Assembly (NCBI GenBank): GCA_045837725.1
Contig: JBEWZL010000102.1
Coordinates: 1 to 64,000 of the forward strand
Direction of reading: 5' to 3'
DNA length: 64,000 bases
DNA from: Vermamoeba vermiformis
Taxonomy: Eukaryota
Under the pieces are notes generated by a model. The model did not search any database, was not told the origin of the DNA, and was given only the letters and a program-made list of their open reading frames with translations. The position numbers and the translations under genes are program-made. How positions within the stretch are numbered: position 1 is the first letter of the stretch; each line of letters starts with the position of its first letter. Below are positions 1 through 12,887 of the stretch, in pieces.

Positions 1-71
1 GCCCTAAAAGGCTATATAATGGGGTTTTTTTACTTGCCCTAAGACCCCTAAGCCCTAAAAGGCTATATAAT
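1..71 (+). repeat. 20-bp direct repeat with degenerate CCCTAA (telomere-like) units
   Basis: GCCCTAAAAGGCTATATAAT at 1-20 and 52-71; CCCTAA at 2-7, 37-42, 46-51 and 53-58. Confidence 0.7.
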
Positions 72-314
72 CCCAAATGTATAGGGATTTTTCTCCCTGA
101 TTGGCACCCAATCGGGATGTTTTCAAATTTTGACCAAAGCCATTAACTTTTTTCTGCGTTTTTCATGAAATTTACAGGCTTTTTATTTTTTAACGTTTTT
201 GCCGGAAAATACAAGTTTTTAAATATTGCCCTTTTTCCACAAAAACACCTATTCCTATAGTATTAAATGCATAGTTTCAAATCTTTTCTCGGCTTCATTG
301 TGATAACATATGCA

Positions 315-851
315 CTAGGGTTTGAAGATGAGGTGGTTAGGGTTCAGACAGTCTGGGTTGTGGCAGAGGTGACTAAGATCCAGGCTCTCCTGGCGCACTC
401 CTGGATAAAGCAAGAAGTTACCAAACTCATTACGAGCATGTAAGTGCTCATGATGATATAAATATGAGCTAATGAAAGTTGAGTACATACTGAACTGCCA
501 TCCACAAGTTTGACATTGAAGTAGACGCACCAGTAATTGCCATTCTTGACCTTTTGCTTGGGTCTAAAGACAGGGAATATGCACTCATTGTGAGTGCTTG
601 GGATTGTAATGGGACTGAATCAGTTAAACTGAATCATAAAAACTTTTTGTAATGAATTAACTGACTTACCCTCCTTGAACTTCCTGGAAAAAACTTGAGG
701 TACTGATGAAGAAGATAGTCATCAGTATAGACTCCAATGGGGTGGTGCATCTTCCTTTGCAGCCCCAGTGAAGGCAGGTAGTGTCCTGGGCTGGCTTGTT
801 GACCCACAGAGCAATTGTCACAACAGAAACAGGAAACAGGAAAACAAACAT
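315..851 (-). CDS. His-Cys box (His-Me finger, zinc-binding loop) homing-endonuclease-like protein; probably spliced, possibly truncated
   Basis: ORF 315..530 contains LSHLCHNPDCLNPNHL, the I-PpoI-type SHLCHNxxCxNPxHL signature. Upstream exons join in frame through a GTAAGT..CAG intron and a GTATGT..GAG intron (..EVQGG|PITIPSTHNECIFPVFRPKQKVKNGNYWCVYFNVKLVDGSS|HLHAR..). The stop comes soon after the motif. Confidence 0.6.
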
Positions 852-1022
852 TGATTGTATTTAATATGAGATTAAATTGGTTTATTTTCCCTGTTGAATA
901 ATAGTTATAGTTAATGATTTGTCCCATAGCTGTTACAGATGGGACTAAATCTCCATAATAATCTTCCACCTGTTCATCGAATGAGTTCACTCTTTCTTGT
1001 TGTAATGTAATTGAATGATGTG

Positions 1023-1379
1023 ATGGAATCACAAAATCTTGTGTTGTACCAAGGGAGGTTCCACTGGCAGCCTGCTGATTTTGCACCAAGTCTTCCTTGC
1101 TGTAAGCTATCTCTCATGAGAGATAGTCCTAAGAGAGTCAAGTATTCAAAGCAAAGGCACTATTATTGGCCAACCCGACAATTGAAAACTGTCAATCCAG
1201 TGACAATTTATGACATCTGTCCTCATGTTGAACCACTAACAGAGGAAGAGAGAATTTATCACAAACTGGCCCAACAATCTGCACAAAAAATTGGATTCTG
1301 GACCAATGGTCAGAGCAATAAAAAGCAGATTTCAGAAGCTGTTGAAATGAGTAAGAATTTTTTACTTGAACAAATGTAA
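1023..1379 (+). CDS. hypothetical protein in the CpG-depleted block
   Basis: Open frame of ~118 aa from the first ATG, divergent from the endonuclease gene; no recognisable motif. Confidence 0.3.
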   Translation: MESQNLVLYQGRFHWQPADFAPSLPCCKLSLMRDSPKRVKYSKQRHYYWPTRQLKTVNPVTIYDICPHVEPLTEEERIYHKLAQQSAQKIGFWTNGQSNKKQISEAVEMSKNFLLEQM

Positions 1380-1388
1380 TTTACAATA

Positions 1389-4300
1389 TTATACAATTTG
1401 ACTACTCAATCTTCGTGATGACCTTGGACTGTTGCTTATGAAACTAATTATTTGGTATGAATTGATTTCTGGTTCTTGAGGTGTGTTTGTTATCATCAAC
1501 CGGCTATTTTCCTTGATGATCTTCTTGTACATTTTTTCTTTCTTGAGATCACTCTGTCTGCGAACATGTTTCATCGTTTCCCGCGAGACAGCGGTGGGAA
1601 TCTCGTAAATCTCACATCGACCCATAGCCACATCACGGAGGAATTTTGACGCCTTAATTGACGGTGTCAGTACTCATCATACCAAATAATTAGCAGGAAC
1701 ATACCTGTTCGCCAGTCTCATCAATTAGTCGTGAGAAGTTGCCGCGCTTGATTAACAGCTCTTTGGGCGAATCAAATTCAACAATCTTGCCTTTGTCCAT
1801 GACCATGATTTTAGTCGAATCAATGATCGTGTACAACCGATGAGCAACCGTCAACACAGTGCAGTTGCCAAAACATTGTCGAATCGTCTGTTGCACCAGT
1901 TTGTCGGTTTCAATATCCATAGCCGCAGTCGCCTGTAAACAATTTATTAGGGTAAAGAACTATTATGTTAACCTGCGTTACGTACCTCGTCCAACACTAA
2001 AATCTTCGGTTTTCGTACAATTGCACGAGCAATACATATTAATTGACGTTGACCAACGCTGAAGTTATCGCCGTTCTCTTTGACGAGAGCATTCAACTTT
2101 TCGGGAAGATCTTGCACCGTCTTTTTCATTTGAACCTGAAGTCGGTGAGCAACGCAATTTTTTAAATTAAAGCATGTTTCACTTACTCTCTCGAGAGCAT
2201 CCCATATTTCACGATCAGTGTATTGATCGAACGGATCCAAGTTGAATCTGATCGTGCCCGTGAACAAGACAGGTTCTTGCGGAATAATTGCCAATCTCGA
2301 TCGCAAGTCATCGAGTCCAATCTCCGTGATGTCCACGCCATCAATAATAATGCTGCCACTCGTAGGCTCCATAATGCGGAACAACGTCATGCCTAAAGTT
2401 GACTTGCCAGCGCCTGTACGGCCCACAATACCAATCTTCTCTTTGGTCTTAACGGAGAAGTTGATGTTGTTTAAAGCAGCTGGTCCCGAGGACTTGTACT
2501 TCACCTCGACCTGGATGTTTTCGTTAACTAATGTAACTGGTGCACGACCGAGACTTACACCACGATAGGTAATATTTCCCTCAGTTGGCCAGTCTTTAGG
2601 CGGTCTGTTCTCTTCGATGATTCGAGGTGCCTCGCTGTTGAGAGTGCGCGTGTAATGGACCAAGCGCTCCACACTCGTCATCAAACTTTCGGTCTCTGCT
2701 GTCATTCGAACTGTTGCTGGCGGTTAGATTCATTCATTCTTTATACTGAGCGAGTATACTCACCGCTCCATTGGAAGACCTGCGACAATTGCAATGCATA
2801 TGATAAGGCCAAACCAGCAGCACTCGGAGTGATTTGATCTTGGAGCACGAGAATGAACACACCAGTGAGTGCCACGACAAAGGTGCTCATAACATCGAGG
2901 CGATAAGCCAACCATCTTGAAGCCATTTCAAACGCGAACAAGAATCGGTGATTGTTGTTGATGCGCTGAACTTCAATGCCTTCGAAACGATCGACAGCTT
3001 GAAATGCGCGAATAATGTGAAGACCTTGAAGTGTTGCCGACAAGTGCTCGACAATAGGCGATCTTGTGATGCTGTCCATTCGTTTCAACTCGCGAGAACT
3101 GCGTCGGTAATACGCCTGTGGCTTGTTAGCACGGCGTTCCAAATCCAACTGAAGTACTTACGCCAATGAACCAGAATAGAACGCCGAAGGGGACCAGACA
3201 GATGGTAAACCAAGGCAGCAAGACAGCGATCAGAATGAGAGTGCTCAACACGATGAGATTGTACTGCAGTGCTTGGAGGAGTGCGTCAGGCAGAAGATCA
3301 TCGACCTGATCTTGATCCTTCGAGAATCGGTTCAATATTCTGCCAGTCGGCGTTGAATCGAAGAAGCTGACTGGAGCACGCAATACTTTCTCGAACACAC
3401 CATTGTGCAGTTTTGTCGAAGCACCAATCGTGAAGTACGCAAACAATATGGCACGTGTCACGGTGACGACGATGAATCCCAACAAAATAGCGCCCATTAT
3501 AACTCCGAACCAATACAACGTACGCAGTTCAGCGATTGGATTTGATATCCAGTACGACAGATACCAATCTGAGGGTCGTTAGAGGAGACTAATAAATTGA
3601 GAGTAGTCTCTTACCATTAATCACACGAGCTGCCTGCACGATAATGAAGTAGATCAACAGCATGGCGCACAACCCGGCATTGCCAGCCTTGGCATAATCG
3701 CTAAATAGACGCGCACTCACACTGCAATACATCAGTTACTGGCTTTGTGCATTATAATTACACGTACCCTCCAAGCTGTCGCTCTTCGGTGGTCATTCGT
3801 TTGCCGAGTGCCATCAATTCTTTCGGATCCTTAGTCTCTAAATCACGAAAGACTTGACGGCTCAACACGTAATTGATGTGTTGCATTTGCGGTCGACGCT
3901 GTAACTTTGATTGTTTTCGTGGTGACATTTTCACACCTTCTAGCTTGCCTTCTTTGGTCTGGGCCTCTTCTGAAATGCTCTTAATATGATCGTTGACCAT
4001 CTGAGCAAAGTCCGAGCACGTGTACAAGAGATCATCGTACGTTCCAACAGCCTGTTATTGGTAATGAGTAATCGCAGCGAGAAAAACTTGTCATTCGACT
4101 AACCTGAATTTCACCGTTCTTCATGTAGACGATGCGATCACAGCGCGGCAAGAATTGAATCTGATTGTTGACGAAGACAATCGCCTTGTTGCGCAAATAA
4201 CCGCGGAACAAGTTCTCAAACAACTCGCGACCAACTTGCGAATCGACAGCGCTGAGCGGATCATCGAGCAGGTAGATATCTACAAGCAACATTAGCCAAA

Positions 4301-7010
4301 TTAGCATTACTAGGACTCTAGTTTTACCTGAATTGGCATAGACTGCACGAGCCAATGCGAATCTTTGTCGCTGACCGCCACTGAGACTGACACCCTTTTC
4401 ACCGACTTCTGTTTGATCCAGTGCGGGGAATCCTGCCAAATCGGGCAACAGTTGACAGAGCTCGAGAACGCGCAAGTAGCGTTCTTTCTCGTACGGCAGT
4501 CCGAACAAAATGTTGTTTTTGATCGTGTCGCTCATGAGCCACGACTGCTGACTGACGTACGCAGTTGTACCCTTGACCTTCACCGAGCCCTCCATCAACT
4601 TCATTTGGCCGAGCATAGCTTGCAATAAGCTCGTCTTGCCCGCACCAACACCGCCAACTACGGCCACAATCTCGCCAGCTCTGACTTTCAGATCGATCTT
4701 GCGCAAGGCCCCAGCTTGTTTGTTCATTTCAGCTACTGACATCACTTTGACTCGAGAGTTTCGAAACTTTGTGGCCAACATTGGAATGGCTCCGTGCCAG
4801 TTAAATCTGCCCTTGATCGTGATTGACTTCTTGGGGTTGTCTACCACAATCTGTCGATAGTCGGGTTGTTCTTGCTGTCTCAAAAACGAGTGCAGTCTAC
4901 CGAGTGCAATCTTCGATTCTAAATTTAACAAATGTGAATTGTGGATCCGGGTCTCAAAATCTTTTGATATTCCGCAATTGTTTTGCCGAAGATCTTACCT
5001 GCATAAGCTTTGATGCTGAGTGGCAAAGTGCTCAATGGATATCGTGCCACGTTGTAAAGACTCAGCACGGTAAATGCTACTGAAGCGGTCAGCTCTTGGT
5101 TGAGAGCAATCATGGTGAGAAATGTCACGAATGACACGAGCGCAGGGCCCACTAAAGACACGCTCTGGTTCAGTGACTTGATCATGCCAATAAAGCGGAG
5201 ACCTTCAACTTCTTCGTCGCGGATGTCGGTCACCTGGTTAACATTGCAATGTCAGCAAATCGGGATATCTTCCGAACCACGAGTTTTCGTCAAATAATTA
5301 TTCGAACAAAGAAAACTACTTACTCTGTCTGCGAAGCTTTGCTCCCAACAATACAATTTGACAACGCGAATTGCATTCAAAATTTCGCTCATTAACCGAA
5401 CTCGCTGATCCGTAACTTTGACAGTGGCTGCTCTTTGTGCGGAAATCTTCCTCGCGCTGACCATTTGAATTGGAAATAGCAATATTAATGCCGCAAATCC
5501 GACGGAGGCAGGAATAATTCCAATCTCAAATATCACCAATAAATACACGCCTAAAATTAAATTAAATAATTAAATTCGGTAAATCCCGAGTTTTACAAAA
5601 TTAAATTGATATAATTAATTCTTCGTACCTATGCATAATACTGGCGTTGCCCAAAAGAAGTGGAAAAATCGGAAGTACTCTGCGATGCGGTAACTGTCGT
5701 TGGCTTGCAAATTCAAAATTTCGCCCATCGTTGAGTCAACAGTGCCAACTCTAATAGCTTTACGATAAATCATCATCATCATGCCGGCTCGCATCTACAA
5801 TACGACGTATAAGTACAGCATTTTTAAGATTGCACAAATTTATCGAACACAAACTTACTCTAATACCGATCCGCACTGTCAAATAGAAGTGATAATGCAC
5901 GAAGGTGACTTGCAGTAGTGATTGCAAAAATAGGCCGATGACGTACAGCCAGCCTTCGTACACGGGCTTGGTGTCACGATTTTGAATAAATAATACGAGT
6001 TGTTTCAATAAATAGGCGGGTCCAAACAGCGCTAGACCACAATATAATAACATAAATAGGGCTGAGATTACGGTATCTGTGCGGCTCGCTCTGAAAAATG
6101 GAGCGAAAAAGGATTTCCTAAATAGGAAAAACGGAGATTAGGTTGGTTAATATTTAATTAAATTGTGATACTTGGAAAGGAGTAAAAGTAATCTGTTATA
6201 TCACGAATTAAAGCGATGCAAGTTTTCATTAATGTTGCGGACTCAGTTCCGAAACAGGATATTCTAATTCACTTGTGACGCGTGTTCCAAAAGGATCCAG
6301 TCCCAAATCATTGTGTCTCGTCACATAACACGGTAATTCTTTATGTTATCAATTTTGACGGCATAATAATTTGCTCTCATAAAATTGTGCATGCCGACAT
6401 CAAAATTTAATTAATTAAAAGATTTGCCGCTTCGATAAGTGACTCATACGAAACAAATACGTACTTTTTCTTGTCGGGGTGCATTTCTTTATCCCACTCG
6501 CGTTGCAATTTCGAAGCATTCTGTTCCGTATCTTCCTTTATGGGCAAATTCCACACATCCGCAGCCTGAAATTGAATTCCTAATTAATATCGCAATATTA
6601 AAGTATATGTGCAAGTAAGGCATTATAGTTTGAGGAAGGTTACCGTCAAGATTGCTGGATTGACGGTTATCGAATTTGAGACCGATTAATTATCATTAAC
6701 TTACGGACAACGGCCGCTTGTAACCTTTAGCCAGAATGCTACCAGCCCACCAATATGTGAATATTGAAAAAATATTCTTTTTGTTGTCAATCGGAGAAGG
6801 ACCGCCAGGCGCATCTAAATCCACCTCGACAAACCGATCTTGCCATTTCTTCTTTTTCTTCTTGCCTGAGTCCTTTTCCTCTTCTTCGCTGATAAGATAG
6901 GCCGCTGATACGTCTGTTGCTGTGAGACTGTCCTCGATCGCAGTCGATATAACTTCAGAGTTAGATCCCTCCAAACCAACCGTTGATCCGGCACTCGAAT
7001 TATCATCCAT
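1389..7010 (-). CDS. ABCC/MRP-family full ABC transporter (TMD1-NBD1-TMD2-NBD2), multi-exon
   Basis: NBD1 has [17 protein letters not shown] and [15 protein letters not shown]2 has [20 protein letters not shown]2 has [23 protein letters not shown] and ILVLDE. GT-AG introns lie between the ORF fragments. Confidence 0.93.
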
Positions 7011-8421
7011 TTTTATGGTAGATAATTAGAGCCCAATAGTGGTAGCGGGATTGTTTGCTGATAATGAAACTAAATTCGGACTTTCTGCAACGCAGTGACA
7101 ATGACAGCTTGATGACATGCTAAAACATAAACAATTGAAAATTGCCTTCAATTATTAAGCAGAACTGCCATAAACGCAATAACTGCTTAATCGTTGATGG
7201 TTGTGAATCGCTATTCCGACGTTACATCATTTGTGGTAAGCTATTGGACGGGTTTCGATTTTTTTGATCAGGCAGACCAGGAAAAATTGTAACATTGTGA
7301 TAATTATATTGAAGGAGCAGTCCTATTATTATGTTAGTGATGAGTACAGAATTGGAATTAATGATTTTTTGATCTGATCAAAATGTGCAAAAAGTTACTT
7401 ACGTCTCGCCTTCGTACTGCTTCATAAAATTAGTGATAATTACTTAGAGCATTTTGTTAATTTTTGGCTGATCGAGCCTTTTACCCTGATGCAGCGAAGG
7501 TGGCGGTTTTGATCCAGCTATATCATCCTTTTCTCAGAGAGCTGCGTTATCCTCAGGAAGATTTATTGTAGCCATACTACTGGCGCCTAATATTATTAAT
7601 AGATTCTGGCGCCTTCAATAATAAGAGATTTTTTGCCAGGCAAAATCTGCGAACTGCGCTTCCTTTGACCACAATACAATGCACCCCACACGATCGCATG
7701 TGGTCGATGGGCGATTAAACGTGAAATATGACAGTAATAGGTACGATTTCTTTTATTTTTGCTCCAGTCGAGCTCGAAGATTCAGGCCGAATTAATTTTC
7801 CACCTATTCCTGCTTAATAATTCAATATTATTACCCTCAACACATAAATTTTTTTATTAATAACTCAACGAATTCAAGCTTTTCCGCTGGGCTACACGTT
7901 GGCGGGATTAGAGAATGTAGTGCGTGGCGGGAAGAAAAATAAGTGTTTCTCGAGAGGCGAATGAGATTTGGTGGCAGTTAGAAATGAACTTTTTTATTCA
8001 ATTAGTTTTCTAGCGATATTCTCCACATAGACAACAAACGAATTCACATCCGTTCTACAATAGCAACATGCTCCTTCTAATTAAGCTACGGACGTGACGA
8101 TGCACGTCATTCCACGTTAACAGCAATTTCTCAACTCTCTTACTAACACGTGACTTGTGACACCAGCGCACATCCGCAACGATAAAAAGCGAATTGTTGT
8201 GGCTTTTGATTTATTACTTTTACCGAGTGCCAAGCACAACTCAAGCAGCGTTCAAGTGACTTATTATTTTATCCACGACGAACGCCAGCTGCAGATCCGT
8301 TAAACTTTTCGAGGTATTCGCGATCCCATCCATGTATTTCCGCGCCAACTAACCAATTCATCTACTTTTAGATCTGATTTTTATCAAAATAACAAGAGCA
8401 TCAATTAAACTTATTCTAACA

Positions 8422-11346
8422 ATGAGCTCGGTAACTTGGCGTTGGTGAGTATACACTAGATTGATTTAAATGAATGCATGTCACCAATTATGACGTACTG
8501 ATTCGCTCAATTATTTTTTTTACTTAAGCAATTGCAAGGCTAATTTTTATTGCGGAGTGACGATTGAGCAGACCTGCTTATTTGTCGGATGCCCATTAAT
8601 TACTTCACAATCTTTTTTTCAACTGCTGCTATTGATAAGTTGATGCTATTCTCCATATAACTAACTGTTTTATTTGACTAGCATTTTATTTTTTGTTTGT
8701 ATTGGGATGGTGCAACACCAGATCCGCGCTGTTTTATACGCGCCCAATCTCTCAGTGCCCCGTCATACATTAGCTGTTGCTGCATTACCTGGCTACATCG
8801 TATTTGCAGGAGGTACCACTACCCCAGATTCATCGGACGCGGTTGCAACGGTCGACATCTACGACACAGTTTCGGGAAAAAATTTTACGAGCAATTTATC
8901 GGCACCGAGGCGTCAACTAGCCGGTGCAGCATACGGCACCAAAGTTTACTTTGCCGGAGGAATCTCCGATAGTGGCCCCTCGGATGTCGTGGACATTTTT
9001 GACGTTACTTTGCAAAGTTGGACTACGGCACATCTTTCTCAAGCTAGATATCTTCTGCAAGCAGCTACCGTGGCCAACAAAATAATATTTGTGGGCGGAA
9101 GGATCAATTCTTCATTGGCCTCGGATGTGGTCGACATCTACGATCCGATCAACAACATCTGGAGCGCAACAAGCCTTCTTGTTCCAAGATACAGTTTTGG
9201 CATTGCTGGTTCCAGCACGTACGGGCTAATTGTCGGTGGTTACGTGCAAATCGGCTCTGCCATTACGACGCCTGCCTGGATCGAGCGCTTCAATCCTGTT
9301 ACGAATCAGATGGAACAATTTGACCTCAACTATCCTTCCGGCCTCGTCGCTATAGGTAGTGCTCAAACCAACTCGCCCGAAGAGTTGATGTTATTCGCCG
9401 GTGGCTATAATGGCGCGATTTCCCCGCTGTTGGAGCTCTTTTACCCTAACGGCACTTTCTACGGCAACGCGACCATGATCACCCCTCGCATTCTTCCGAC
9501 TCCAGTGTGTTTTCCTGGCACGTGCTACATTGCCGGTGGTGCGGACACTGGCTTCATCGACAAGCTAAACGCGAGCAGTATAACGCTCAGCCTGGCCAAG
9601 ACGGACTACATCAGATACTATGGCAGCGGTGCCTTTGATGGCAACGACACAGTCGCAGTGGGTGGAGGCTTCAACAGCAATGGTCTCATCAGCGCAATCG
9701 AAGTAACGCGCATGCAAAGGATACCGTACAAGCCGTACAATGTGGTCATTCAACCATACACCGCACTTGTCCCGTTCATTTACTGGGACGCTAACATTGC
9801 CTTCACTACCAACTTCACCGTCGAAAGATGGGTCAGCAGCGATCCTCAATGGCGCCACTTGGAAACGATGTCGGCGCAGTACTATTTCACTTTCGATGCT
9901 GGCTTGGAATACAACACCACATACCGCTACAGAGTGGTCGCTATTTCTGACACGGGCATTTCTGCAACCTCCAACGAGTACGCTGAATTTGTTACCCCGA
10001 ACATCCCTGTGCCTCCGACACCCACTGCCATTCAAGCTATTGTTTCGTCGAACAACACTATTGTCATTTCATGGACCCTTGGTGCAGTTAACAAAGACGA
10101 AGCGAACATGACATTTGTTATTATCGAGAGAACAGTTGACTTGGCTGAGAATTTCACCGAAATTGGCCGTGTCTTGGCCCCCACGTCTACATTCACCGAT
10201 GAACAAGATCTTCAAGTCAACGTCACGTATTATTACCGCGCCTATGCTCAAGCCACGTTCCGCTCGGAATACTCTAATGTTGTTTCAGCTACTTTGTCGC
10301 CACCACCAGAAATTCCGCCAGCAGACCCTGGTCAGATTGTTGGTCCAACACCACCCGACGTAGCACAAATAGTCCCCGGAGTTATCATTCCCATTGTTGT
10401 GGTCGCCGTTGCCATCATTGTCTTGCTCGTGCTGCTTCGTCGAGGCAAGCTCCGCAAAGTCAGTTTCTTCGCCAAACTGGAATACTTGGTGTTCTCAAAC
10501 AAGACTTTGTCGCTCAACATTGACCTCGCAAACACCGCGATTGCTGAACGCCTTCACATTCCGTATGCAGAACTGACCATGATCAAACAAATTGGCATGG
10601 GAAGCTACGGAGAAGTGTATCTCGGAGTTTGGAAACAAAGTCACGTGGCCATCAAATTCTGCAAACGATCATTGGACATTGACGAGTTCCTTCGCGAAGC
10701 TGAAGTCATGTTGGCCATCAGACCTCATCCGAACATTGTGCAAGTCCTCGGTGTCAGCACTGATGGACCACAGATTGCCCTCGTGCTCGAGTTCTGTCAA
10801 GGAGGCAGTTTGGACACTCTGTTGTTCGACAAAGAAGACGAAATCAGCCCCGCCCAAAGAATCAAACTCGCTGCAGGCATTGCAGCAGGCATTTATCACC
10901 TGCACCAGAGCAACATTGTGCATAGAGATTTGGCATCGCGCAACGTGTTGTTGACAGGTGACAATCAGCCCAAGATTGCCGACTTTGGCATGTCAAGATT
11001 GCTTCAAACGGACAAAGACACTGGCGCTACGAAGTCAGACACGGGACCAATTCGATGGATGGCTCCGGAATCTTTGCGCGACAAGAGTTACAGCACCAAG
11101 TCAGACGTGTGGAGTTACGGCATTATTTTGTACGAGTTGGTTTCAAGACAAGAGCCGCACGTCAGCGAAGATCCATTGCAAGTCGGAGCCAAGATTCGTG
11201 ATCAAGGCTATACTCCCACGATCCCCGCTGACTGTCCGCACGTGTTGAAAGAAATTATGGAGAGTTGTTGGCGCTTCGAGCAAGCAGATCGACCCGACTT
11301 TGCTGAGATCTGCAACAAATTGAATGCTGCTGCTGCTACTTTGTAA
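8422..11346 (+). CDS. Receptor tyrosine kinase(-like): signal peptide, Kelch repeats, 2x FN3, TM, kinase
   Basis: Micro-exon MSSVTWR(TG) at 8422-8444 and intron 8445-8681 (GTGAGT..CTAAC..TAG) join the 890-aa ORF in frame. Kelch repeats (FAGG..VDIYD), FN3 (YRYRVVA, YYYRAYA), TM IIPIVVVAVAIIVLLVLL, and kinase motifs GMGSYG, HRDLASRN, DFG, PIRWMAPE. Confidence 0.92.
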
Positions 11347-11394
11347 AAATGACAATGAAATGCTTTAATACAGTGCATCTATCTACAACTTGAT

Positions 11395-12766
11395 TTACAA
11401 TTCTGACAAGGCCTTGTCGATTTGATTTATCGCTGCAAGGCCTCCCATTTGAAGTGAAATATGACCGTTTGGCACCTTCGCGTCTTCAGCGGTCCAATTT
11501 ATTCTGATCAGCGTTGCATTTGGCATCTTTTCGATGCTAATTGAAGAGTTAGATTAGCCAATAGAACAAAACTCTAGAAACTTACAAGGACTCGCCGAGC
11601 ATGCGCACAGTAGGAACACCTTGTCCCGCACCAATCTCGATGATGGCTAGTTTACCATCGCCAACTTCATCCACAAACTGGTCGAATTGAGCTTCTTGTT
11701 CCTCTTCGCGGTTAGAAAGGAAACGATAATCATCTAACAGTACACAAATTAGTTCACAAGTGACAGAAACAGCCAGATCTGGCACTTACAAAACATGAGC
11801 ACGTTGGGACTGGCAACTGAATCGCAGTTTTTACACTTGGGAAGAACTTCTTTGGCGCGGAATGTCTCCGAGTCAATTTCAGGGATCTGGTTGTGAACAG
11901 CATTGTGAGTATATTATTCAATGGAAATTAGCTTGACAAGCACTACCTTGAAGTCATTGGTGGACCAGATCTCGTCGGTACATTTCTTGTTGCACTGGAT
12001 AAAATTAACGCATCCGTGGCACTCGTAGAGCTTTTCAGCAGGATAGCCACTCTTGGCGTAATGACCGTCGACATTAGATGTGAAGACGAAGTAATTGTTG
12101 TCCTTCAGCTCTCCCCATCGCTGTGTGTGTTCGATCAGTCCCAAATCCAAATCGTTTTAATCATGATAAACAGCTATTAGCACGTACCCTCATAGTGGTG
12201 TAGCCAGCGTGTGGATTAGTCTTCGAGTACAACGAGATACGATGAGCCCAAAAGCCCCAAGCAAACTCCGGATCTTCTGTGAACCAGCGCGGATTTGACA
12301 TGTTCTCGAATCGCAAACCCAGTTTGGCCATCGGAGGATAAGCACGCCAAAATCCTTGAGGTCCTCGAAAGTCTGGCAAACCACTGTCTGAAATAGAGTG
12401 CTAAGCGTTTACAAAGGTCGATCTAAAATGTAAGGCGCCAATTATTTGCGCTAAAAAGCCCAATAATATGGTAATACTTACCAACGCTCATTCCCGCACC
12501 CGAAGTAAATAACAGTGCATCTGCGTCCTTGATCGCTTTGGCAGCTTTCAAGATCGCTAAAACACAATAGTGAGTTAATAAAAACCTCTTTAAAAATATT
12601 AGCAATTTTTACCTTCGCGAGTCGCATCCGAAATTTGAGTGTTCTGCGCGGTGTCTACTGGGTTGGATTCCATTCTTTTTCTCGTGAAAAACGCTCTTGA
12701 GGGTACTTTGTGTGCTTTGCTTAATTTTATAAATGTCGCAAAGATTTTGGTTGGTCCTCGCAGCAT
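11395..12766 (-). CDS. Sir2/sirtuin NAD-dependent deacylase, bacterial-like subtype, with possible mitochondrial presequence
   Basis: Motifs TSGAGMSV|DSGLPDFRG, FVFTSNVDGH, YECHG, Cys pairs CNKKC and CKNC, and IEIGAG, spread over exons with GT-AG introns. The N-terminus MLRGPTKIFATF.. is basic. Confidence 0.9.
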
Positions 12767-12887
12767 TTTATCGTTAGGCGAAGAGAGAAAAAGAGACGAA
12801 ATGTTGACAGCGCCAGTCAAACTCGGTCAAATCTCCCTGCTACGTAGCAATACCGTCTTTGTTGACTATGTACAAGAAATTTACAGC

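Noticed and set aside
7011-8421. 1.4-kb gap between divergent ABCC and kinase genes as a hidden gene or ncRNA
   Set aside because: No spliceable frame or structured RNA recognised; consistent with a regulatory intergenic region.
9565-11355. Antisense and alternate-frame ORFs over the kinase (and similar ones over the ABCC, AAA and GH genes)
   Set aside because: Shadow ORFs caused by the codon bias of the real genes.
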